16,674 nucleotides of DNA from Candidatus Methanoperedens sp. Its GTDB lineage: Archaea > Halobacteriota > Methanosarcinia > Methanosarcinales > Methanoperedenaceae. Numbering within the stretch: position 1 is the first letter of the stretch; each line of letters starts with the position of its first letter. Shown here one piece after another: positions 7,965 to 15,323 of this stretch. Where the stretch lies: assembly GCA_027460535.1 (NCBI GenBank), contig JAPZAR010000016.1, forward strand, positions 1-16,674, in the 5' to 3' direction. The notes beneath the pieces are model-generated. The model did no database searches. It had not been told where the DNA came from and saw only the letters and a program-made list of their open reading frames with translations. The position numbers and the translations under genes are program-made.

Positions 7965-9557
7965 ATGAATCAAATTGTGGGAGCATTAAAGATGATAAGC
8001 CAGATCGATGAACTAAAAAAGCTTTTAGAGCCGAAAATTTCAGAACTTGGACTGGACGAAGGGACAATCGAAGAAATCCTTTCAAAAGCCATGGATTTTT
8101 CAGAAAAAGAGCTTAAGCCGCACTCCATGAAGTGGGATGAAAATGGGACTCACTTTGAGAAAGTATACAAAATAAGAATAAGATCTAAAAATGAGAATGT
8201 TGAATTAGGGGAAAATGAGTACAATATACTGGATAAATATGGATGCATAGAAGAAGCGGTATTAACACGCAGAAGATTATTATTTCCTGAATATTTTGAA
8301 GAGGTACAAAAAAGGCTTGGCAAAACAGGATTGCTGGGGCTATATATACCGAAAGAGTATGGCGGTCTGGGGTTACCTTACACACTTTACAGTTGTGTAA
8401 TAGAGATATTATCAGGAGGTGATGCCAATTTTGGGGTTCATGCTTCCATACACGGTACTGCGGCTGATTTAATCAATAGGTTTGGCACGGAAGCTTTGAA
8501 AAACAGATTGCTGCCTGACATGGCATCCGGCAAAAAACTCGGCTGTCTCGTTTTCACAGAGGGTTCTGGCGGATCTGACCTGAAAGCAGTATCTACTGCT
8601 TCTGAACTCGCTGGAGATGGTTACATTATAAATGGAAATAAGTTTTCCATTACTAGCGGTGCATACGCAGATGTTCATGTGGTGTTCACAGTCGACAAAG
8701 AAGATTACCATCTGCCATTTGCGGACAGAAAGAAATACAATGCGCTTGTGGTTGAAAAAGGAACAGAAGGTTTAGAATTACTGGGTATTGGAAATACAAT
8801 GGGCTGGCGAGCATCGCCTACTTCGATGTTGAAATTTGAAAATTGCAAAGTATCTGTTGAGAATCTGCTGGGTGAAAGGGGAAGCGGAAGAAAAGTCCTT
8901 TCTGCAGGGTTATCCGGGGGTAGAATAAGCTTCGGCTGTGCATGGTCGCTCGGGATTGCTGACGCAGCTTACAGGAAAGCAATGGAACGTTCAGAGAAAA
9001 GAATATTGTTCGGCAAACCGCTAAAAGATCACCGGGAAATCAGGAAACATCTCGCAGATATGTACAGATACCTCTGCATGGGAAGACAGAAATACATACA
9101 TGCTGCGTATCTTAAAGATAAAAACGACCCGGATTTTCCATTCGAAGCTACGATTTCAAAAATCTTTTGCTCCGAAAGGGCAGAGGATATCGTAAGGATC
9201 GTCTACCAGATGCACGGTCATTTTGGGTACATCAATGAAAGCGGTGTACCGCTGCTCTTCAGGAACGTAATGGTAGCCACAGTAGGTGAAGGTGGAACAG
9301 AGGTTTTAAGGGACAGGGTAGTAGCGCCAGGTGTGATAAACGGCGATTATGCGTTCACTGGTGAAATTGAATATGATAGAAGTTATGTTGACAGAAACCT
9401 CGGGGATGAGATATTCAGGGAACTGGCACAACGATTGGGTGATGATGTGTATCCCTGTTATGAAATTCTTGTGAGCAGGGCTACAGGTAGAAAAATAAGA
9501 ATGCCTGCAACAGAAGTAAAAAATCTGACGATTAACTGGAAACTCTACGGATTATGA
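7965..9557 (+). CDS. Long acyl-CoA dehydrogenase family protein (530 aa) with an N-terminal in-frame insertion and a C-terminal extension
   Basis: ACAD motifs are present: LYIPKEYGGLGLP, FTEGSGGSDLKA, INGNKFSITSG, GGRISFGCAWSLGIADAAY, HGHFGY and VGEGGTEVLR (catalytic Glu context). About 80 extra residues follow the ACAD C-terminal domain. An alternative start is ATG at 7992. Confidence 0.85.
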   Translation: MNQIVGALKMISQIDELKKLLEPKISELGLDEGTIEEILSKAMDFSEKELKPHSMKWDENGTHFEKVYKIRIRSKNENVELGENEYNILDKYGCIEEAVLTRRRLLFPEYFEEVQKRLGKTGLLGLYIPKEYGGLGLPYTLYSCVIEILSGGDANFGVHASIHGTAADLINRFGTEALKNRLLPDMASGKKLGCLVFTEGSGGSDLKAVSTASELAGDGYIINGNKFSITSGAYADVHVVFTVDKEDYHLPFADRKKYNALVVEKGTEGLELLGIGNTMGWRASPTSMLKFENCKVSVENLLGERGSGRKVLSAGLSGGRISFGCAWSLGIADAAYRKAMERSEKRILFGKPLKDHREIRKHLADMYRYLCMGRQKYIHAAYLKDKNDPDFPFEATISKIFCSERAEDIVRIVYQMHGHFGYINESGVPLLFRNVMVATVGEGGTEVLRDRVVAPGVINGDYAFTGEIEYDRSYVDRNLGDEIFRELAQRLGDDVYPCYEILVSRATGRKIRMPATEVKNLTINWKLYGL

Positions 9558-10439
9558 AAGAATTTCTGCTTTTTCCACTTTGCCTTCCATCTCTCCTTTG
9601 GCATTAGTTATTTTATTAATGATCCCTATCGAAAAAGAGATCTCATGATAGAAATATGTATACCAGCCGTTTTCAGAAGCCTTATCATATAGCAATTTCT
9701 TCTTTGTCTCCCAGCAATCTTCCCTGCCTAAAACGTCAACAGCCATCCTGCACCTTGGCTTTTCCTGGTGCATCACCAGTGCAGCCATATCCGCTGCGTA
9801 GAGCATTGTTCTTTCAGCCTTTATTATCACTGACTGATGACCTGCGGTGTGCCCGGGCGTCGGAAGGACAAAAATGCCTGGCAATACTTCTTTTTCTCCA
9901 TCTACAAGTTCCAAGCTCCCCGATTCTTCCAGCGGCAGGACGTCTTTTTCCACGCTGAAATAGTCGTTCTTCAACTCAAAGCCGGGATCTGTTGCAGTCT
10001 TCCACTCTTTTTTTTGTATAACATATTTTGCATTCTCAAAAGTTGGCTTCAATTTTCCATCAATATATCTGGTATTCCAGCCAGCATGATCAGGATTGAG
10101 ATGGCTGTTTATCACAATATCAACATCAAATGGTTTAACTCCAGCAATATTCATGCTTTCTATCAACGATGGATTCTTAACAATGTTATGATGTTTTACA
10201 TAATTTGGAGTCTTATCATGGAGACCTGTCTCCACCAATACATTACCCCCGGGGTGCTTGATCAAAAGACAGTTGGCAGCCTGCAAAATATTGTTATACT
10301 CATCGGTTTTGTAAGGTTTCTTGCCATCGATATTATAATTGGTCCAGATATCCTTTGGAAAGTATCCAAAAATAACCCCACCATCTTCAGTATGTATGCC
10401 GTCGCTTAAGATTTGAAGTTCCATATCCCCGAATTTCAT
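9552..10439 (-). CDS. MBL-fold metallo-hydrolase (lactonase-like) with variant motif HLNPDH
   Basis: 295 aa containing VINSHLNPDHAGWN (motif II position), TPGHTAGHQS, AADMA and a late His (YFYHE). Its ATG overlaps the DUF35 stop (ATGA at 10436-10439). Confidence 0.8.
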   Translation of the reverse strand: MKFGDMELQILSDGIHTEDGGVIFGYFPKDIWTNYNIDGKKPYKTDEYNNILQAANCLLIKHPGGNVLVETGLHDKTPNYVKHHNIVKNPSLIESMNIAGVKPFDVDIVINSHLNPDHAGWNTRYIDGKLKPTFENAKYVIQKKEWKTATDPGFELKNDYFSVEKDVLPLEESGSLELVDGEKEVLPGIFVLPTPGHTAGHQSVIIKAERTMLYAADMAALVMHQEKPRCRMAVDVLGREDCWETKKKLLYDKASENGWYTYFYHEISFSIGIINKITNAKGEMEGKVEKAEILS

Positions 10440-11056
10440 GAAAATTCCTCCACAGGAACAAAATAGACATCTCTCACATCAAAATGCGGATTTCGCCTGA
10501 ATTTCGGTTTTACTCTGCTCCCATTTTTTATTTTATGATAAACCTCCCAGATGTTTCGATTGTATTCTTCATCATTTATCAGATCTATTCCAGACCTCTC
10601 TTTATCTCTTTTCATTCTCTTCAGCCAAAGAATTTCTTTAGGCATGTATTCAGCCATCAGGTAGCTATCCACACCTTCAAATTCTACCAGGATTAAAGAA
10701 AATGGTGCCTTTTTCAAGAATACCCCTCCGCCGTACTTGCTTACGCTGTGGCAGTGTATTTTCCCTTCCTCTGGTAAATCAAACCATTCGGTCCTGCTCC
10801 CGCAATCGCTGCAATATACATGCGGACTTGCATATCTGTTACCACAACCCATACACATAGAACCGATAAGCTTCCCTTCTGCAAGAGCCATGAAATAAGG
10901 CGTATCCTGCGCAATACTTTCAATATAATCTATGGATTCATGTATTTTCTTAACTATAATTTCTTTTTCCCCGCCTGTATAGATGGCCACACCGCTGCCT
11001 TTCAGCACTTCCTTCATCACGTCCCTGTATTTAGCGAACTTTTTCACTTCTCTCAT
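10436..11056 (-). CDS. DUF35 family Zn-ribbon/OB-fold protein, extended form (about 206 aa)
   Basis: Zn ribbon CMGCGNRYASPHVYCSDCGS preceded by PYFMALAEGKLIGSMC, followed by an OB-fold-like WFDLPEEGKIHCHSVS...PFSLILVEFEGV. I prefer the ATG at 11056 (MREVKK). The track start at 11077 is TTG. The ATG lies 1 nt after the upstream TAG stop. Confidence 0.8.
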   Translation of the reverse strand: MREVKKFAKYRDVMKEVLKGSGVAIYTGGEKEIIVKKIHESIDYIESIAQDTPYFMALAEGKLIGSMCMGCGNRYASPHVYCSDCGSRTEWFDLPEEGKIHCHSVSKYGGGVFLKKAPFSLILVEFEGVDSYLMAEYMPKEILWLKRMKRDKERSGIDLINDEEYNRNIWEVYHKIKNGSRVKPKFRRNPHFDVRDVYFVPVEEFS

Positions 11057-11057
11057 T

Positions 11058-12392
11058 CTACCATGCCTTCTCGGCAAGAGTTAATGTAATATAAGTGCCT
11101 GTGCCAGCATGACTGTGGAATCCACCTCGTTTTGCATTCCTTACTTGCAGAGTATCATCCCCGAATTTCTCAGAAATTTTATTCTGCAACTGCCAGAGAG
11201 AAAATACGGCTTGCATTATTCCTGTAGCTCCTATAGGATGACCGCATGCGAGAAGTCCTCCTGAGGGGTTCACTGGAAGCTCTCCCTTTTCAGGCAGCTC
11301 CAATCCATAATCAATGTCCGGCATGAAAGTATAACCTTTATCGATGAATTCTCTGGAATAGCCGCATGGGCACAATCCAAGGTCTTCATATGTCTGTGCT
11401 TCTGACATTGTGTATGCATCATGTATTTCCAGGAAATCCAGCTCTTCCAGAGGATCTGTTATCCCTGCCTGCATGTAAGCTTTTTTTGCAGCCACCCTGC
11501 CAGCATTGAATGAGTGGACATCAGGATATAATAATTTGTCATAATATTCAACTAGCTCTTCATTTGCCGATTCGTGAGAAAACGTGGGTACTTTTCTTTT
11601 CGGTCGGTCTTCCATGGCCATATTGTCCGTCCCAGCCCCCATTCCTATGATCTTTACAGGTCTATCTGTCAGCCTGGACGCGATATCACTGGATGCAAGA
11701 ATTAATACAGCAGCACCGTCGCTCATGGTGCAGATATCGAGAGCTGTAAATGGCGTTGCTATCGGCTCTGAGTTGAGAACATCTTCCATCTTTAATTTCT
11801 TCGGGTATTGCGCGTAAGGATTGTAGAGCGCATTTGTGTGGTTCTTGATTGAAATTTTAGCCAGCTGCTCTCTCGAGGTTCCGAACTCGCTCATATGCTT
11901 ATCTGCCATAAGGGCATAGAACATGCTATAAAAACCGCCCAGGTCGCAATTCCTTCTCTGGTCAGAAGCCTTGGCAATAAAATAATTACCCATCCATGTT
12001 GGAACCCGTGACATGGTTTCAAAGCCGTAACAGACGCAGAGTTCAAGATCGCCAGAAGCAATGGCTCTTATTCCCTCCTGAATGCAAAGACCTCCAGTTG
12101 CACCGCCTCCTTCCACTCTGACTCCTGGGGCAGGGCAGAGACCTATATATTCATGTGCCATTATCCCTGCCATCAACTGCCTTGAGAAATGATCGGAAAA
12201 GTAAGAACCCACGCCTCCCAGTTCGTGTGTTTCCGAGAGTTTTTCTTTGAGATATATGAATTCAGGCACATCTTTTACTGCATTATCAAATGCTTCCTTT
12301 ACCATTATTTGAAATGTCCTGTCTGGATGTGCTTTTGCGAACTTCGTTACACCGCCAGCAACCATATAGACATCTCTGGAAAGTTTCCCCAT
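11058..12392 (-). CDS. SCP-x/archaeal-type thiolase-fold protein, apparently lacking the nucleophilic cysteine
   Basis: 444 aa with RVEGGGATGGLCIQEGIRAIASG where thiolases have RVE-x-A-C-A-S-G-G...ASG. It retains LEIHDAYTMSE, NPSGGLLACGHPIGATG and HSHAGTGT. It is adjacent and translationally coupled to DUF35, the usual partner of this thiolase class. Confidence 0.8.
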   Translation of the reverse strand: MGKLSRDVYMVAGGVTKFAKAHPDRTFQIMVKEAFDNAVKDVPEFIYLKEKLSETHELGGVGSYFSDHFSRQLMAGIMAHEYIGLCPAPGVRVEGGGATGGLCIQEGIRAIASGDLELCVCYGFETMSRVPTWMGNYFIAKASDQRRNCDLGGFYSMFYALMADKHMSEFGTSREQLAKISIKNHTNALYNPYAQYPKKLKMEDVLNSEPIATPFTALDICTMSDGAAVLILASSDIASRLTDRPVKIIGMGAGTDNMAMEDRPKRKVPTFSHESANEELVEYYDKLLYPDVHSFNAGRVAAKKAYMQAGITDPLEELDFLEIHDAYTMSEAQTYEDLGLCPCGYSREFIDKGYTFMPDIDYGLELPEKGELPVNPSGGLLACGHPIGATGIMQAVFSLWQLQNKISEKFGDDTLQVRNAKRGGFHSHAGTGTYITLTLAEKAW

Positions 12393-12414
12393 AGTACTTA
12401 GTATGTAAATGAAA

Positions 12415-12423
12415 TTTTAAATA
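12415..12423 (-). promoter_or_regulatory. TATA-like box TATTTAAAA ending 22 nt upstream of the ATG of the thiolase-fold gene (suggests a leaderless or near-leaderless archaeal-type transcript)
   Basis: The minus strand reads aagTATTTAAAAtttcatttacatactaagtactATG. No Shine-Dalgarno-like purine run is present before this ATG, unlike the internal genes of the operons. Confidence 0.35.
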
Positions 12424-12595
12424 CTTTGTTTCTGGAATTCTCTAAAGGTGGTTACCGATCAAAAGTATACGACCAAGATAAAGTGTAAAAATAGGGAAGT
12501 TGTTAACGATATGAATCAATCACAAGCTTTGCGTAATATCCTCACTTCGCTTGATGGAAAAGACTATAACGACCAATAAGAATATAACATTCAGG

Positions 12596-12889
12596 TTAAG
12601 AAAAATAACCGAACGGGTGAGAGCATGAAGTGTAAAGTTCAGCTTTCAATCTGTCTGTCATCGTGAGAACATCTTTCATTTCAGTCGTTATTTTCCCTTC
12701 CGCCAGAGAAGATAATAATCCAAGCGGCGGCATTGCATATTCTTCTTCTTTTATAAAATGTGGATGTAAGATCTTCGCAACGGCTTTTGCAGAATCTCCA
12801 ATCTTTCCGCCGACCTGGGTTGCCTTTGAGAGTTCGCCATGAAGCTCTTCATGCTCTAATTTCAATGATCTCGGTATAATGAATTCCAT
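12596..12889 (-). pseudogene. Hemerythrin (HHE cation-binding) domain protein, C-terminally truncated
   Basis: SLKLEHEELHGEL and HPHFIKEEEYAMPPLG supply only the first two metal-binding helices. After MTDRLKAEL the ORF ends in a non-homologous tail YTSCSHPFGYFS. None of the three frames downstream (12393-12595) encodes the expected third and fourth helices. Confidence 0.6.
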
Positions 12890-12908
12890 TTTCCAACCTC
12901 ATGATATT

Positions 12909-13280
12909 TCACTTAGCGTTTTTATCTTCCTGCCAGGGTCCGAATAAATTATTTTCGGTATCAACACACATCGCAAGATAACCCCAGCCGGGCACAGCTG
13001 TTTTGGGCGTGATGATATTACCACCCAGCTTCTTTACCTTTGTGATGTATTCTTCAATAGAGGATACACCGATGTAATTCATAATATTCTGTGCAGGCAA
13101 TCTTCTTTGTCCCATCCCGCCGCCTACCCCAGGGTTCCCATTCAAATCTTTTGTCTCGATAAGGTAGAAGGGTGTCGGCATCGGCGCCTGATTGAATTTC
13201 CAATCAAACAGCTTTTCGTAGAATTTCTTCCCTCGCTCCATATCATTTACAAGCAGGTCAAAATGAACGATTGTTGCCAT
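12909..13280 (-). CDS. VOC (glyoxalase/bleomycin-resistance/dioxygenase fold) family protein
   Basis: 123 aa. The pattern HFDLLVNDMERGKKFYEKLFDWKF...GGMG...YIGVSSIEEYITKVKKLGGNIITPKTAVPGWGYLAMCVDTENNLFG is typical of small single-domain VOC proteins. Confidence 0.8.
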   Translation of the reverse strand: MATIVHFDLLVNDMERGKKFYEKLFDWKFNQAPMPTPFYLIETKDLNGNPGVGGGMGQRRLPAQNIMNYIGVSSIEEYITKVKKLGGNIITPKTAVPGWGYLAMCVDTENNLFGPWQEDKNAK

Positions 13281-13410
13281 TACTAACTCCCCAACTTAAA
13301 CTATACTTTTCAGGATTAATATTTGTTGGTATGGGTATTAAAAGGAAAGTCCTTTCGGTTGCATATTCAACAAGATCAAAGGAATCAGAGATACGGTGAA
13401 ATGCTTTACA

Positions 13411-14088
13411 CTAAGCCAACAGCACCGAGATTATCCCTGTCAGGAATATGCCGTCAAATGTTCCTGCACCGCCAATGGAAGCCATTGGAGCTCCAAGATC
13501 AGGGATCTTTTTCAGGTTCAAGAGATCTGCACCGATCAGGCATCCAAGCGTGCCAGAGATGTATGCGAGCATGGGTGCTTGCTGGGGAGAGATAATTAAA
13601 GCCAGACCTGCAGCCATAACAGGGGGTATCAGCGCGGGAACAGCTATCCCGAGTCCCTTTACAGGTCTTGCTATCAAATGTATGAAAACAGTCATAAGAA
13701 ATACCCCGATGACTACATCGGCCGGATTGACCATCGGGATAAGAAAACTGGATATAAGTACTGGAATTACGCCTCCTCCCAGGTTCACAGCTATGACGGT
13801 TCGATGCTCTACCTCAAGAGGCGGGATAACGTACCTGAACCAATAGAAATCCACTATCCTTCCTGATATGACAGGTTCGCGTGATGTTTTTTCCATCACT
13901 GGGATGTTTATATGGCTGCCAATAAGTGACAGGAATAATATCAGGACTGAATACTCCGGAGGAAAACCAAGTTTTCTAAAAGCAAGACCAATGAGGTCTA
14001 TGCTTATTAGAATGAATACTATTCCAAGTAAAAACAATAACAGGATAATAAATGATGTTGTAACCCTCTGGTGGACAAAGCGAGACAT
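13411..14088 (-). CDS. DUF1614 family integral membrane protein
   Basis: 225 aa with multiple hydrophobic spans. The motifs IAVNLGGGVIPVLIS and ASIGGAGTFDGIFLTGI match DUF1614 proteins as I recall them. ATG at 14088 is preceded by GAGGT. Confidence 0.7.
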   Translation of the reverse strand: MSRFVHQRVTTSFIILLLFLLGIVFILISIDLIGLAFRKLGFPPEYSVLILFLSLIGSHINIPVMEKTSREPVISGRIVDFYWFRYVIPPLEVEHRTVIAVNLGGGVIPVLISSFLIPMVNPADVVIGVFLMTVFIHLIARPVKGLGIAVPALIPPVMAAGLALIISPQQAPMLAYISGTLGCLIGADLLNLKKIPDLGAPMASIGGAGTFDGIFLTGIISVLLA

Positions 14089-14397
14089 CAGGACCTCTTT
14101 AAAGAGAATTGGTTCAAATCTCTAATAGGTTAAATGGAAGTCGATAATATCAAATTTACTGTATATTCTGTATTGAAGATATTGATATAGTCGTGCAACA
14201 TTTCGCGCCAAAATCGGAATTCCAATAAACCGATCCTCTGCCGATGCTTCTCTCTCTCAATGACCTCACTCACCCATTTTGACTTCCTGCAGGCGTGTCA
14301 TGCTTTGAACCGCTTTCTGGTTTTAGTATATTTCTTTTTCACTTTATTAACGATATCTACTCAAATCCGGCATGACGATTTTGCATTCCTCCTGACA

Positions 14398-15195
14398 TTA
14401 GCCAACAATACCCCTTAACAACGCGCCAACCACGTAGGCTACGCTCGCTGCCAGTCCACCGACCAATAGCATCTCGAGGCCGCTTCTGAAGGGGTTTAAT
14501 TTGGTAACAGTTACTTTCGCAACCCCCAGCCCAAAGATTGTCAACGCAGATAATATAACGGATACTGTGAAGGATTCAGTCGAAGAAATCGGGTAGAACA
14601 GTCCCAGCACATAGACGATAAGCGGCATGAATCCTGCCAGGATAAAAGACACCAGCGTGGCCAGTGCGCTGAATAACGGCTTGCGTTCGTCCTGCAGCAT
14701 CCCCAGCTCGTTGATCATCATGGCTTTAACCCACCTCTCCGGGTCTCGGGCCTGGATATCAACGAGGCTTCGTGCATCCTCCTCCGAATAACTGTGGCTT
14801 CGATAAACCTCGTAGAGTTCGGCCCGTTCGCCTTCCGGGAAATGTTCAACCTCCCAGGCTTCTCGCTGCCATTCCCGCTGGTAATACTCCTTTTCGCTCT
14901 TGGATGAAAGGTAAGCCCCTATGGCCATTGCAAAACCATCTGCCAGCAGGTTGGCCATGCCCAGGATAAGAACGATACCGCTGCCCAGTTTGGCACCAGC
15001 CACCCCGCTGACTACTGCAAAGGTGGTAAGAATGCCGTCCAGCCCGCCGTATACCATGTTGCCAATATAAACGTCGCTCGCCCCACCGTGCTGCTCCTGT
15101 GCGATACGCTCCGGAGCATGCGCCAATGCTGATGCCTGTACGTCACGCCGGGCGAATGCTTTACGCATTTCTTCGAGTCGTCTGGACTTAGTCAT
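14398..15195 (-). CDS. VIT1/CCC1 family Fe/Mn transporter
   Basis: Motifs include VYGGLDGILTTFAVVSGVAGA, LLADGFAMAIGAYLSSKSE, a cytosolic acidic helix region (EREAWEVEHFPEGERAEL) and C-terminal TM helices. I prefer the ATG at 15195 (MTKSRRLEEM). The track start at 15243 is TTG. GC content is markedly higher than in surrounding genes. Confidence 0.85.
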   Translation of the reverse strand: MTKSRRLEEMRKAFARRDVQASALAHAPERIAQEQHGGASDVYIGNMVYGGLDGILTTFAVVSGVAGAKLGSGIVLILGMANLLADGFAMAIGAYLSSKSEKEYYQREWQREAWEVEHFPEGERAELYEVYRSHSYSEEDARSLVDIQARDPERWVKAMMINELGMLQDERKPLFSALATLVSFILAGFMPLIVYVLGLFYPISSTESFTVSVILSALTIFGLGVAKVTVTKLNPFRSGLEMLLVGGLAASVAYVVGALLRGIVG

Positions 15196-15266
15196 TACCA
15201 CATTCACTATTGCGATATCAAAAACCCTATTAAAATCATGCAAGCTCGATCATGGGGATTCTCCCA

Positions 15267-15323
15267 TCATTTCTTAGGTATTGGTTTCGGTTTAATGGGT
15301 TTCTTTTTCTCCTTATTTGGCAT
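15267..15323 (-). CDS. Candidate 18-aa Lys/Pro-rich small ORF (MPNKEKKKPIKPKPIPKK) upstream of the VIT1 gene
   Basis: ATG at 15323 is preceded by a perfect AGGAGG (15335-15330) with a 6-nt spacer. The stop TGA lies at 15269-15267. There is no homology evidence. Confidence 0.25.
   Translation of the reverse strand: MPNKEKKKPIKPKPIPKK

Noticed and set aside
7813-8085. 90-aa minus-strand ORF in the divergent intergenic region
   Set aside because: It overlaps the start of the long ACAD on the opposite strand, and has no motifs and no ribosome-binding site. It is likely spurious.
13343-13360. Hairpin AAAGGA-aag-TCCTTT as a terminator for the DUF1614 gene
   Set aside because: It is a 6-bp AT-rich stem with a 3-nt loop followed by only a short T/A stretch. 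This is too weak to call without transcript 3'-end data.
1537-14969. Numerous antisense or off-frame ORF-track entries inside the annotated genes. Examples: 1537..1791, 2196..2408, 2422..2679, 2808..3083, 3159..3425, 3442..3690, 3893..4144, 3934..4194, 4265..4705, 4739..5032, 4917..5354, 5729..5914, 6043..6249, 7164..7496, 7497..7679, 8185..8385, 8469..8711, 9656..9958, 9837..10409, 10484..10696, 10741..10923, 10820..11089, 11584..11817, 12189..12401, 13323..13599, 13448..13866, 13868..14125, 14772..14969.
   Set aside because: Each lies opposite to, or out of frame with, a CDS that has clear family motifs. Their translations are Ser/Pro/Phe-rich shadow sequences without recognisable domains.
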